Assembly (NCBI GenBank): GCA_051599415.1
Contig: AP039707.1
Span: forward strand, 62,001 to 126,000
Direction: 5' to 3'
Origin: Savitreella phatthalungensis
Taxonomy: Eukaryota
Length of the DNA: 64,000 nucleotides
A program made the position numbers and the translations under genes. This document shows, one piece after another, positions 44,081 through 55,391 of the stretch; position 1 is the stretch's first letter; each line of letters opens with the position of its first letter. The notes beneath the pieces were generated by a model. It saw only the letters and a list, made by a program, of their open reading frames with translations. It searched no databases and was not told the origin of the DNA.

Positions 44081-45609
44081 ATCGATGGGTCAGTCAATCA
44101 TACCTGACGGAGATGAATTCAATGGATGAGAAAATCCTCCAATCTGAGCGTGGATGGAAATTGTATTCAATAGATGATCCAAGAATAGATCTTCTGTACG
44201 TGGGTGTACGCGTGGTTGATTTTCTCTCTGAATGCACTTTCAATCTGAGACAGCGAGTGCAGATCATTTGACACTACTACTGCTACCACTACTACTGTTA
44301 CTGCTACTACTACTACTAAAATCTCCAGATCCATAAAATTTATACATTTTCATAATCGAGTGAAATCGTATCAGGATACTTTCTCAATGTGGAGACCGTG
44401 ACCGTGGAAATGAAAATGGGAAGGAGATATGACATTCATATCTGACTGCGGTCAGATCAAGCTTCCACTCAGTGAGCATGGGGTCAAAGAATTATTATTG
44501 TTGTGAATATAGATTAAATTCTCTATAGATCCGGATTGAAAATCAGCTGAAAATCACTACAAGTACTATATACACAATTAATCATAGAATCTACACCCAT
44601 GTTCACATATATTCACACACATATACTGCATGGATATACACGATCCTCAGCTGTCCAATACACACACACGTTCATCCCTCTTCCAGATATTCTCTTCTTC
44701 CTCTCTCTCTCTTCTCTCTCTCTTTCTCAGCCATCCACATCCACATCCACACATCTCCCTACCAGGATACACACTCATACACACACACACACACACACAC
44801 TTCCCCAATACACACACACACCCACACACACACATCCCTCCACCTTCAGCAAACATCATCATCTTCATCACCCTCCTCTCTCCACTCTCCTCTCCCTCCA
44901 AGTGTCAAACTCAAGCTCACGCTTACGCACAAAACGAATCCAGGTCGACTTACATACAGTTACGACCGTCCAGAAAGCGTAATCGTTGACCTATACAGGA
45001 ACCTTTGACATTAGCACCAAGGTCATCCGCCAGGGGTCACAGACACTGTCAGAAGCAGACACACAGTCTAGGTACGTGTAGGCGCAGATACAGGTACAGA
45101 GGCAGAGAAAACAAGCGCAAAAAGCAGTTGCAGTGACCTTGTCAAAAAGTCATTCTTCAGCATTGGCATCTACGCTTGTTTACGGAGATCATTATTTCCA
45201 AATCACTGGATTGATTATTCACGCTCAAGAGGCAGCAGCAGCAGCAGCAGCAGAGAAAGAGCTTCCAGATTCCATTTGCGTCTTCTCACTCAGTCTTCTT
45301 ATCTACACGAAAGTAGACTCCAACGACAAATTGACGCAATCTCTTCCAGTCTCATCCTGATCTCCCTCTGAGCCAGTGGACCCAAAGGATCTTTCAATTG
45401 ACTGCCCTCATCGCATCTGGCTATATCACTCCTCCCTTCAATCCAGCTCCACCGTCTAAGCTTTGCTTTCTGCGCGTCATTCACTTGTCGCGTAGCAAGC
45501 CTCTGTACGCTAGTCTTCCTTTCAGCGTTCCTTTTCTCTTCTACCAACACACATCTTCCTTTCAATCCTCTATCCTGGCTTCCTTCGCATAGAGACCAGG
45601 AGCTAGCGC

Positions 45610-48600
45610 ATGACGAAGCGCAAGACTCCTGAATCACCAACCGTCCATGGCGGCAATACCACTGCCGGGACAAAGCTCAACCACGGCACTTCTGGCGGCT
45701 CCCAATGCAAGACACCGACACACGCAAAGCTGCGCTCTCCATCTAAGTCCACCCACAATGGAAGAGCAAACTCCTCGTCCTCCTCACACTCCGAGGATGA
45801 ACCCATGAGCGACGTCACCCCAGATGCAGATCAAGACACGAATCCGAATGCAGATGCTCTCAGCGCGACTTCATCTTCAGAGCAAGAATCGAGGTGTCCA
45901 AGGTGTCCTTCTGAATCGTCCACTGCATCAACCGATCCAATAGCTGCAAAGTCAGCTTCTAAGGCTGCCGAGTCAGACGACACCGCAGTCGCCTGGCTAG
46001 GATGTGACAGATGCAAGACATGGTTCCACGCAGGCTGCGTCGATCTGAGACCCCAATCAGTCGTGCGGTATATCTGCAAGACGTGTGAGGTTGCCAATCC
46101 GCACGACCGTACTGTCACCCGCGAGGAACGACCGAAGCGCGCGAAGTTGGGCGGCATCGACTACAACGCGCTCAACGGTGGAGAACATGTCAACAACCTT
46201 CGTCACCTCTACACGACCGCCATCGAAACGAGACCTTTTGCAGCGCGACAAGTGGTCGAATTTGACGACGGCACTCCCCTGACAAAGGCTTACATTGATC
46301 AGAACGGCTTTGACAAGCCAATCGTCATCCACAATCAAGACGGCCTCGACATGGTCATCCCATCCGATCTCACCGTCGACCAAGTGGCAGACAGTGTGGG
46401 CAGGGAGGAGCCAATCGAGGTGTTGGATGTGCCAACTCAGGAAGGATGCAAGGGTTGGACACTCGGCAAGTGGGCAGACTTCTACAACGAGTCGACCCCA
46501 ACGCGTGTTCGAAATGTCATCTCTCTGGAAATCTCTCACTCTGATATCGGCAAGCAGATGAGCCGACCAAAGCTCGTGCACCAGCTCGATATTGTTGACT
46601 CGTTCTGGCCGAAGAAGCGATTCGCTATCAGGGACTATCCCAAGGTCCAACTCTACTGCCTCATGTCCCTTACAAACTCCTACACAGACTTCCACGTCGA
46701 CTTTGCCGGCACATCGGTATTCTACCACATTGTTCGCGGGCGCAAGACCTTCCTCTTCATACCTCCCACACCGGCGAACCTCAACAAATATCGAGAATGG
46801 TGTTCCTCTTCGAACCAGTCCACTACCTTCCTCGCAGACGCGTGCAAGGAGACATTCAAGATCGACCTCGGCCCTGGGGACACGATGATGATTCCCTCTG
46901 GGTGGATTCATGCAGTCCATACGCCAGAGAAGTCCCTCGTCATTGGTGGCAATTTTCTCTCTCTCGTCGGCATGACGAAACATCTCGGCGTGGTCGAGAT
47001 CGAAGACCGCACGAAGGTGCCTACCAAATTCAGGTTTCCAAGCTTCGGCAAGCTGATGTGGTATGTGGCTGTGGGCAGCCTGACGCGACGCCCCTCCCTG
47101 AGCACGGAAGAGCGACGTGGACTTTTCGCCCTTTGCCGCTACGTTCTGAGACTGGCATTGTTTGCGGAGAACAAGGAGGACCTTCTTGGAGATCGAACAC
47201 CGACAAAGGCCGAGGTCGAGGACGCTAAAGAAAGCATTCCGCGCGACATCATCCGTGGCTCACCGATCCTGCTCGCTAAGATGGCCGTCGCTTACGCGTA
47301 CACGCAACTCGCGGATGATTCGGATCGTCAGGCAGTCGGAGATCTCGATGACCTCGCCATCGACGCGAGCGACCGGAAGGCAGAGGTCCTTGTTCATTAC
47401 GATATTGAGGAGAGCAAATGGGAGGCGCTCGACCAGGCAGATCGATCAGACTCATCATCCTCAGATGGACCTGTCGAGCTTGATGGCGTGGCATGGCACG
47501 AGCAGTGGCACAGACTTCGCCTTTCGCCCAAAAGTGGCAGTCACGATATCCTCCGTTCCTTTCTGCGGATCCCGATCGAAGATCAGCGCAGGCTCGAGCG
47601 GAAGCGCGCGCAGGCGGCCGTCAAAGACAGGACGGAGCAGAAGATGATCACGACGCCTCCAGTGAGTCAAGCACAGCTGCCGCCTCCCCAATCACCATCG
47701 GAGCAGCCCTCTCAGCAACAGCCACAGTCACAGCCACAGCAGCTCAAGCAGGAGCAGAAGGAGGAGCAGCATCAAGAAGCTGTCAATCATCAGCTTCCTG
47801 TCAGCTCGCCAACCTCAGTCGAGACCGGTTCGAATGATCAGGACAACTCTGATGACTCAACCGTCACGTCTGGCTCCGACTCAAACACGCCCGATGACGA
47901 AGACATGGACATGATGGAAGACCCTCTGCCCCCACCGACAGTGATAAAGACCGATCCAAATGCACCGAGCCGAGCGCTCGACGACATTTACGCCCACAAC
48001 ACGTACTTGCCGCCACTCGACCTCGCAGTCGCCTACTCGGACCCGTTCAGCATGTTCCCGCCTGCGCCTGCATCGCAGGCCTCTCACGCACCTGCTGTGT
48101 GGGAGTCCCAGATGGGCTGCATGCGTTGCAAGGCGATGCGGAAGAAGTGCGACAAGGCTCAGCCGTGCTCTTCCTGTATCGAGGACGGGTGCACGAGCGA
48201 GTGCCAGTCGTTCATGCCAGCTGCTGGGGCGAAGCAACAGGCGGAAGCGTTGTGGGCGGCGCAAGCAGCTGCTCAACACGTGGCCGCGCGTGCGATCGCA
48301 ACTGCTACTGCCGGTGCAGCTGGCGCGATGACGACCTCGACCTTGACGTTTGACCCGACTGCACAGCTCGGGCATCCGCTCCAGGCAGCTGTCGGCGCTG
48401 GCATTCCCGGTCTGCCGCTGCCGGTGACATCGGCGGCCGTGGCTGCTGCCGCCGCCCTCAACGGGACGATCAACGGAACGATCAACCCTGCAGCTCCTGC
48501 GCAAGCAGGCAACCTGGCGAGTGCTCAAGGAAAGCCGCGAAAACAGAAGCAGTACGGTCGTCGGTGTCTCCGTTGCACGAAGGACAAGAAGCCCTGTAAC

Positions 48601-49419
48601 CTGGAGAAGCCGTGCGACCGATGCACGAAGAAGGGTCTGAAGGCGGACGAGTGCATCTATCAGTGGGAACTGGACGGCACAGCGCCGCCGCCGCCGCTGA
48701 CGAAGGAGGAGAAGGAGAGGAAGCTCCAGCAGGACAGAGATCGCGAACGTGAGAAGGACGGAAAGAAAGAAGCGGCACGACTTGCTGCGGCTGCAGCCGC
48801 AGCAGCTGCCAAGAACGGTGGCACGCCTGCATCTGCCCCTGCATCTGCCCCTGCGGCTGCGACTGCTGCAGCCAACGGTATCGCCGTTCCAAGTGGGCCT
48901 GTGACACCTGGCGTGCCATCTGCCGTGCCATCCCTCGTTCCCTCGACATCAGGAGCTAGCACTGGCACCCCTTCACCAGCTCCATCGGGCGCAGTCACTC
49001 CAACAACGACGACAACAACAACAGCAGCAACGACGACGACCCTACCCCAACAGACCGCAGGCAAGCCTGTCCTGGTCAAAAGCGAAAGTTCTCTGAGCAG
49101 CGTCAGTTCAATCCCGATCGACTCACTTTCTACGAGCGACCCATCGGACGGAGCTAAACTTTTACCACCTCTGCCGCCACCATCGCAATCAGCGACAAAC
49201 TCATCGGAAAAATCGAGCAACCCTAAGGCCAAAACCAGTACTACTACCACTACCACTGCCACTACTGCCGCGACACTTCGAAGCTCGCCACAGAAAGCGT
49301 CTGCCTCCACCTCTGCAGTTTCAGTCTTTAGCCCAACATCGGCCTCGAACAAGACAAACAGCGCTAGCAGTACAGAGAGGAGTGCAACGGCCACACCAAA
49401 GCTCGTGTCGCTCAAGTGA
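45610..49419 (+). CDS. JHD1: PHD-JmjC histone demethylase (JHD1/KDM2-like) with two C-terminal Zn2Cys6-like clusters
   Basis: PHD CPRC...WLGCDRCKTWFHAGC...YICKTC; JmjC NVISLE, YPKVQLYCLMS, TDFHVDF, IPSGWIHAV (HxD...H intact); Cys6 clusters at 48118-48204 and 48565-48660. Confidence 0.92.
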   Translation: MTKRKTPESPTVHGGNTTAGTKLNHGTSGGSQCKTPTHAKLRSPSKSTHNGRANSSSSSHSEDEPMSDVTPDADQDTNPNADALSATSSSEQESRCPRCPSESSTASTDPIAAKSASKAAESDDTAVAWLGCDRCKTWFHAGCVDLRPQSVVRYICKTCEVANPHDRTVTREERPKRAKLGGIDYNALNGGEHVNNLRHLYTTAIETRPFAARQVVEFDDGTPLTKAYIDQNGFDKPIVIHNQDGLDMVIPSDLTVDQVADSVGREEPIEVLDVPTQEGCKGWTLGKWADFYNESTPTRVRNVISLEISHSDIGKQMSRPKLVHQLDIVDSFWPKKRFAIRDYPKVQLYCLMSLTNSYTDFHVDFAGTSVFYHIVRGRKTFLFIPPTPANLNKYREWCSSSNQSTTFLADACKETFKIDLGPGDTMMIPSGWIHAVHTPEKSLVIGGNFLSLVGMTKHLGVVEIEDRTKVPTKFRFPSFGKLMWYVAVGSLTRRPSLSTEERRGLFALCRYVLRLALFAENKEDLLGDRTPTKAEVEDAKESIPRDIIRGSPILLAKMAVAYAYTQLADDSDRQAVGDLDDLAIDASDRKAEVLVHYDIEESKWEALDQADRSDSSSSDGPVELDGVAWHEQWHRLRLSPKSGSHDILRSFLRIPIEDQRRLERKRAQAAVKDRTEQKMITTPPVSQAQLPPPQSPSEQPSQQQPQSQPQQLKQEQKEEQHQEAVNHQLPVSSPTSVETGSNDQDNSDDSTVTSGSDSNTPDDEDMDMMEDPLPPPTVIKTDPNAPSRALDDIYAHNTYLPPLDLAVAYSDPFSMFPPAPASQASHAPAVWESQMGCMRCKAMRKKCDKAQPCSSCIEDGCTSECQSFMPAAGAKQQAEALWAAQAAAQHVAARAIATATAGAAGAMTTSTLTFDPTAQLGHPLQAAVGAGIPGLPLPVTSAAVAAAAALNGTINGTINPAAPAQAGNLASAQGKPRKQKQYGRRCLRCTKDKKPCNLEKPCDRCTKKGLKADECIYQWELDGTAPPPPLTKEEKERKLQQDRDREREKDGKKEAARLAAAAAAAAAKNGGTPASAPASAPAAATAAANGIAVPSGPVTPGVPSAVPSLVPSTSGASTGTPSPAPSGAVTPTTTTTTTAATTTTLPQQTAGKPVLVKSESSLSSVSSIPIDSLSTSDPSDGAKLLPPLPPPSQSATNSSEKSSNPKAKTSTTTTTTATTAATLRSSPQKASASTSAVSVFSPTSASNKTNSASSTERSATATPKLVSLK

Positions 49420-50720
49420 GGGGTGACTGGGCGATCGATCGATTGGTTGGACGTGATTAGTCTGGTAGCATCGATAGCACTTTGACGCGTGCGTACTCAC
49501 GTACGTAAGCACGTCTGTCACTTTAATCTTTATGAATGACCTCTCACTCATACGTAGTCTACCTAGCCTTTTCTATGCCTCTGTGTCTGCAATGAGGATG
49601 TATCCTGCACGTGGTAGGCTGTTGAGAATATGCATGTGATTATGACATCGTCTGTAGAGACACGTGATCTTTGCAACACACACCCACACCCACACACGTG
49701 ATTTCTGTACTGTTCTTCTGTCGGCTCCTCGGACTCGGCCAATTTTCTTCTAATAGAAATTCTTATCAGAATCAGATAAATAATCTAGAAAATCAACAAA
49801 ATACTAATGATCGACCCAGCCCAGATCACCACTCAAATTTCAAGTCTGTTTGTGTGACCTAGCACGAATCAATGCCAAACTAATTCCTCGGGGGGTCAGA
49901 ACAGGCTCCACCGTCGGCTTCTATCTGAGAGCTCAGAACTGCGAGTACACAGTACAGACTACAGTAGCTCGGCATACGGTCAAAACCCAGAAGGTCTCTT
50001 CATTCTCACTTTCGCCCTCTCCTGTGTAGCCTAACCCGAAGGCCCGGAAGTCTTGGTAGTCGCGGTGGGGAGCCGCCATCGCCCCGAGTTCAAGTGGAGA
50101 AATAGACTCGAGCTCATCCTCAAACCCGTATCAGATCCAAGAGAGGAATAGGTCAAAGGAAGATCTATAGCGTATAGCGTATCCCAGCCGCCAGCCGTCA
50201 GCACCAGTACCATAACCAAAGTCAGAGCCAGTGAACCAGATTCAGACAGCTGTTCTAGAGTACGTAGTCCAGATCCTTGGGAGGGTTCAAACTGCTGAAC
50301 TTCCCTGGGGAGCTTCAGTAGTCAAGTTGTCCAAATCACATTCATTTGATCCTCCATCGGCATACCCTAATCAAACTCCGGTCAAGCAGCTGTAAGCGTC
50401 ACCGTCACACTCACCCGCCTCCCCCGCAGAAACACTCACCTCTCTCTCTCTCACTCACTCTCTCTCTACTACACCTACCGACATACCCTCACGACCGATC
50501 GCCTCTCTCTCACTCACACTCGCACCCACACACGCTCACGCTCACGCTCACACCTACACTCACAACTCTCTCCGGGCCGACGGATCTGCGTCCTCGACAA
50601 CCGACGCACGACACCTGGTCCCAGACTACAAAACCAACCAGAACCCCTCCAACTCAAACATCTGTCACAGACTTACATCTACCCAAAAACCCTTTCTACC
50701 CCAATTACACATATACAACC

Positions 50721-51080
50721 ATGCCTTCCGCAAAGGAGCTCTTCGGACAGATCAACGACGGCCTCAAGGACGAGGGCATCAAGAAGCAGGCTCTGAAGAA
50801 GGGTAACGCGATCTTCTCGTTTGACTTCAAGGGTGCTGGCAAGTACTACATCGACCTGAAGCAGACCGGTGTTGCTGGTGAGGGTGCTGCGCCACAGGGC
50901 AAGAAGGCCGACATCACGCTGACGATGGACGAGAAGACGTTCCTCGACCTGGCAGAGGGCAAGGGTAACGCCCAGAAGCTCTTCATGCAGGGAAAGATCA
51001 AGATCAAGGGAAACATGATGCGCGCTACAGCCCTCGGTGACATCCTCAAGATGGCACAGACCGAGAAGGCAAAGCTCTAA
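50721..51080 (+). CDS. SCP2 sterol/fatty-acid carrier protein, peroxisomal
   Basis: 119 aa from ATG 50721; ADITLTM...AQKLFMQGKIKIKGNMM SCP2 signature; C-terminal PTS1 AKL. Confidence 0.92.
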   Translation: MPSAKELFGQINDGLKDEGIKKQALKKGNAIFSFDFKGAGKYYIDLKQTGVAGEGAAPQGKKADITLTMDEKTFLDLAEGKGNAQKLFMQGKIKIKGNMMRATALGDILKMAQTEKAKL

Positions 51081-51314
51081 ACACACCTATCGCTCCCCCT
51101 TCACCCTCCCATCCCCCCCACAAATCTTCTCCAAATCAGATCCCGTGTGTAGGTAAGTTAGGCCTATGCAATTCTGATGTCTATCCTATCTCATCGGCGT
51201 GGACAAGTATACTCACTCTACTTGACCTGACTTGACCTTGGACTCGATTATCGTTCTGATTTACGTGATGTATGCGTGTACGTGTATGTGTGTGTGGTAG
51301 TAGACGTAGATGCT

Positions 51315-52175
51315 TTACCGACGACGTGACGAGGTACCTGGTTGACCTGCGCCGTTGAGTTTGGCTGCGAAGAGGGCGGCGGAAGTGTTTGCTGCATGGA
51401 CTGCTGTGCGCTTGGGTGGTAGGTACTTGCCGACAGATGGCATGATCCCAACTGCCTGTGCTCTGCGGATTGCCTTTGCGAGCTTCCTCTGTGTCTTGTG
51501 CCTCAATCCTGTGTCTGCACGCTGCTTTATCCTCCCGAGGTCAGTGACAAACTCGTTGAGCAGCGTCGCGCACTTGTACTCCCCCAACGGCGAGATCCCA
51601 CACTCGTGAAATCCATCGTGCATCATCCCAAGCCGGATCTTTCCAGCCACAGGTCGCCGAGCATCAAACGACAAATCCTCACCACCATACACAGTACCAG
51701 CACGGTCCAGCCGAGTCTCATACCGAGAAAGCTCACCAGGACGAAGCCCGAGCTCGCTCATCATCGCAGCCGTCTCACTCAGCGGTCCATTCACCTGGAA
51801 ATCCTCAGCAACCCGACCTCCAGAACCACCAGCACCACCAGATCGACCCCAACCGCCGTTGTTGTTCGAACCACCGTTGTTGTTGTTGTAGTTGTTGTTT
51901 GAGAATCGGCGACCACCGCGACCACCTCCACCGCTGAGGAATCGAGTTTGCATCTCACTCCAGTCCTTGAGGATGTCAGCGAGCGGCGTAGCAGCAGGTG
52001 GTGAGCTCGATGCGTTACTCCCTGCACTTGCATCTGTGGATGTCTGTGTCGACGTGGTGGTGGTGGTGGTGGTGGTGGTGGTGGCCGGTGCTCCTGCTGA
52101 CGCAGGCGCCGAACCAATCTTGCCACCACTGTTACGCAAGCATCTAACCGTCGAGAACAATCTCCTCGAAAGCAT
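51315..52175 (-). CDS. RSM18: Mitochondrial ribosomal protein bS18m
   Basis: Presequence MLSRRLFSTVRCLR from ATG 52175; S18 core SPLGEYK...LLNEFVTDLGRI...TGL...QRKLAKAIRRA. Confidence 0.88.
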   Translation of the reverse strand: MLSRRLFSTVRCLRNSGGKIGSAPASAGAPATTTTTTTTTTSTQTSTDASAGSNASSSPPAATPLADILKDWSEMQTRFLSGGGGRGGRRFSNNNYNNNNGGSNNNGGWGRSGGAGGSGGRVAEDFQVNGPLSETAAMMSELGLRPGELSRYETRLDRAGTVYGGEDLSFDARRPVAGKIRLGMMHDGFHECGISPLGEYKCATLLNEFVTDLGRIKQRADTGLRHKTQRKLAKAIRRAQAVGIMPSVGKYLPPKRTAVHAANTSAALFAAKLNGAGQPGTSSRRR

Positions 52176-52365
52176 CCTCAAGCAAATATACTGTCTGGAG
52201 TCTTCGTGGGATGTTCGTTGTCTTGACGTCCTTCGATCCTCAGTAACTTTTGTGCAAGGTCTCACAAAGTTTCCAGCAAGTCACGTGTACTTTCACGTGA
52301 TGCTCCGAGGACGCGATGTACAGTCACGTGATTCCAAATTGTAATTCATACGCGCAGCATTGAAG

Positions 52366-52371
52366 ACGCGT
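52366..52371. promoter_or_regulatory. MCB element upstream of RPA1
   Basis: AAGACGCGTCTT palindrome, with further ACGCG half-sites nearby. Confidence 0.6.
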
Positions 52372-52536
52372 CTTTCATCAACCCTCGCACACACACTCAC
52401 AGAACGACGTTCATCTATACCGTCACCCATCTACACCTCTCTCCTCCCTTCTCCCTGGTCTCTAAAGGCTACCAAAAAGCCCTTGTTTTCAAAGTGAACC
52501 TTCCTCTCTGTTGTTCCTCCTAAGCGCTCCCTCCAG

Positions 52537-54360
52537 ATGGCTTCAAAGCTGAAGCCAGAATCCCTCAGAGCCGTCGTAGACGCTCCAGAAGGCGCTCAAC
52601 CAACATCTACAATCCTACAGGTTCTACAGATCAAGCAACTCACCTCTGCATCAAACAATCAGGATCGCTATCGACTCGTCCTTAGCGATGGCGTCAACTT
52701 CATCCAGGCCATGGTCGCTACACAGCTCAACGATCTCATCAAGAAAGATCAGCTGGTCAAGGGAGTCTTCATCAATCTCACATCCTACTCAATCACGATG
52801 ATGAAGGAGCGCAAGATCCTCATCGTCCTTCACTGCACTATCGAGCCAGACGCACCTGCAGAAAAGGTCGGCATCCCCGTAGCATTTGAGGAGAACAGAC
52901 CAGCAGACGGAACTGGTGCTGGTGCCGTCAAGTCGGAATCCTCACATGCGGGTAACGGTGCTCCAGGCAGACCTGCACAGGCCAGATCTGCCGTCTCAGG
53001 CGGCGCAGGCACATCCTCAAATGGTCCTCCCGGTGGCGGCACTGTTTACCCGATCGAGGGCCTTTCACCCTACCAGAACAAGTGGACGATCAAGGCGCGC
53101 GTCGTCCAGAAGAGCGATATCCGACAGTGGCACAATCAGAAGGGTGAGGGAAAGTTGTTCAGCTGCACGTTCTTGGACGAGTCTGGCGAGATCCGAGCTA
53201 CAGGATTCAACGACCAGGTCGACGCACTGTACGACGTGCTCCAGGAAGGCCAGGTGTACTACGTGTCCAAGTGCCGCGTCAACATTGCAAAGAAGCAGTT
53301 CTCCAACGTCAACAACGAATACGAGCTCATGTTCGAGCGAGACACGGAGATCTCAAAGGCGGACGACGCAGGCGCCGTCCCAGACATCAAGTACCAGTTT
53401 GTCGAGCTAGCAGACCTCGAAAAAGTAGACAAGGACGCAGTCGTCGACGTCATCGGCGTCATCAAGGACACAGGCGAAGTCGGTCAAATCACCTCCAAAA
53501 CCACGAACAAGCCGTTCGACAAGCGAGAGCTCACAATCGTCGACAAGACGGGGTACTCTGTCAGGCTGACGTTGTGGGGTAAGCAGGCGACAGCATTCAA
53601 GGGTGACCTGGACTCTGTCGTCGCGTTCAAGAGTGCCAGAGTATCCGATTTCGGTGGTCGCTCACTCAGTCTCTCGAGCGGTGGCACGTACCAGCTCGAC
53701 CCGGACATGCCACAGGCGTTCGCCCTCCGCGGGTGGTACAATCAGGAGGGTGGTAGCTCGATTGCCGCCTTCCAGACGCACGCCAATATGGGTGCAGCCT
53801 CTGTGGGTGCGGCGGCAGGCGGACGCGTGCAGGAACGTCGGACGTTTGGTGACGTGATCGCCTCGAATCTCGGCTCGTCCGACAAGGCCGACTTCTTCAC
53901 GGCGAGGGCGACAATTGCGTACATCAAGCAGGACAACTTCTGCTACCCTGCCTGCCCCTCACAGGGCTGCAACAAGAAGGTCACAGAGGCAGACCAGGGC
54001 GACTGGCGGTGTGAGAAGTGTGACAAGTCCTACCCAGCACCAGAATACCGCTACATCATGACCGTCTCAGCACTAGACCACACTGACCAAGTCTGGCTAC
54101 AGCTCTTCGACGACCAAGGCAAAGTCATCATGGGCCAATCCGCAGGAGACCTCGTCAAGCTCAAAGACGAAGACGAAGCAGCCTTCACCGAAGCCTTTGC
54201 AGCAGCAACCTCAAGACCCTACATCTTCAGAGTCAAGGCTAAGCAGGAAACCTACAACGGCACTACCAGAGTCAGATACTCAGTCACCTCTGCAGACACC
54301 CTCAACTTCAAATCAGAACTTGAGGTCCTCCAAGCACAGATCGAGTCCTATAACCAGTAG
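52537..54360 (+). CDS. RFA1: Replication protein A large subunit
   Basis: RYRLVLSDG, PIEGLSPYQNKWTIKARV, DESGEIRATGF, DFGGRSLS, zinc ribbon YPACP...CNKKV...CEKC. Confidence 0.97.
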   Translation: MASKLKPESLRAVVDAPEGAQPTSTILQVLQIKQLTSASNNQDRYRLVLSDGVNFIQAMVATQLNDLIKKDQLVKGVFINLTSYSITMMKERKILIVLHCTIEPDAPAEKVGIPVAFEENRPADGTGAGAVKSESSHAGNGAPGRPAQARSAVSGGAGTSSNGPPGGGTVYPIEGLSPYQNKWTIKARVVQKSDIRQWHNQKGEGKLFSCTFLDESGEIRATGFNDQVDALYDVLQEGQVYYVSKCRVNIAKKQFSNVNNEYELMFERDTEISKADDAGAVPDIKYQFVELADLEKVDKDAVVDVIGVIKDTGEVGQITSKTTNKPFDKRELTIVDKTGYSVRLTLWGKQATAFKGDLDSVVAFKSARVSDFGGRSLSLSSGGTYQLDPDMPQAFALRGWYNQEGGSSIAAFQTHANMGAASVGAAAGGRVQERRTFGDVIASNLGSSDKADFFTARATIAYIKQDNFCYPACPSQGCNKKVTEADQGDWRCEKCDKSYPAPEYRYIMTVSALDHTDQVWLQLFDDQGKVIMGQSAGDLVKLKDEDEAAFTEAFAAATSRPYIFRVKAKQETYNGTTRVRYSVTSADTLNFKSELEVLQAQIESYNQ

Positions 54361-54515
54361 TAGTAGCAGCAGCACCAGAAGCAGCAGCAGCAGCGGAAGC
54401 AGTATGTCTTATGCTCATCATATTCTTATCCTATCCTATCCACAGCCAGCGACCCCGATGGAGATTCAACTAACCGTGTCAGCTTGTCCTTGCGCAACAA
54501 ATCCAAAGTAGAAGA

Positions 54516-55391
54516 TCACTCGGTTCTGGACGCTGCTGGCGACGTTGTGGCTGTCGATGTCCGATTTACTGAAGCTAGACCGCCAACCTTGCCATTAAGC
54601 CCGAGTCCTTCTACTGCGCGAGTGACGAGGTCCAAGTGCTGAGGGTAAGTCTTGCGAGCGAGATGACCATCGAAGCCTGCAAAGACTCTGTGTCCGTCAT
54701 CGCCAGGCGTCGCAGACAAGTATCCAGCGATATCCCCTTCCTTCACCTTTGACTCTCTCAGCGCATCTTCCAATCCGATACTCCGAACGCCCTTCCCCTC
54801 GTCACCTTCCACATCACCCTTCCGAGGTTTAGGCATCCGCAAGACCTCATTCACCCAGCGAAGCAATCCAGCGTGCTCCTTCACTCCAGTCTCAGGCCCG
54901 ATCGCACCAGCTCCACTGCGAAGCAACCGCGCCTGGATAGTTGATACCTCGGGCGTCTGCTCTAGGTCTTCCAAAACGACCCGTCGTCGTTGTAAGGAGG
55001 TCTCTGTCTGAGTGGATGCGGTCTTCGGACCGGAGGTCTGTGGGGCATTGCCGAGCGGTCTTGCAAAGACGCGTGTGAGATCTTGTAGAATCTCTCCCTT
55101 TGTGTGCCTGACGAAACCTTCGCCGAGCTGTTTCCGTCGCAGGTGCTCCTCCCCACCATCGTTCCCATTCCCATCCTCGAGCGCGATCGGTGGGAAGGGC
55201 GTCGACAAGCATCGCACAGCATCCTCACGCCTCACAAAGTGCACTCGGCCACGGCCCACCTGGCCGCGCAAGTACCGTCGAGACGGACGAAACTCAGAGA
55301 CACCTCCAAAACTCTCAAAGTGTCGAAGCAGTCGTAGCGTATCCCCCAATGTCACATCCTCCCAAAGCACTCGCCACTTCAACGTCGCCAT
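54516..55391 (-). CDS. Hypothetical protein with possible degenerate RRM-like N-terminus; start uncertain (first ATG 55391, frame open to at least 55463)
   Basis: Long ORF filling the gap between RPA1 and DPB2; LRHFESFGGVSEF...GRGRVHFVRREDA resembles RRM secondary-structure spacing. Confidence 0.55.
   Translation of the reverse strand: MATLKWRVLWEDVTLGDTLRLLRHFESFGGVSEFRPSRRYLRGQVGRGRVHFVRREDAVRCLSTPFPPIALEDGNGNDGGEEHLRRKQLGEGFVRHTKGEILQDLTRVFARPLGNAPQTSGPKTASTQTETSLQRRRVVLEDLEQTPEVSTIQARLLRSGAGAIGPETGVKEHAGLLRWVNEVLRMPKPRKGDVEGDEGKGVRSIGLEDALRESKVKEGDIAGYLSATPGDDGHRVFAGFDGHLARKTYPQHLDLVTRAVEGLGLNGKVGGLASVNRTSTATTSPAASRTE

Noticed and set aside
50041..50100. tRNA-like segment with TGGTAG and GAGTTCAAGT
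   Set aside because: T-stem and acceptor stem do not pair, and the anticodon loop is non-canonical.
50346..50720. N-terminal extension of SCP2 in the ORF track; similar extensions for RPL4, RSM18 and MAE1
   Set aside because: These start at TTG/GTG and cross leader sequence; the first ATG gives the expected protein or targeting peptide.
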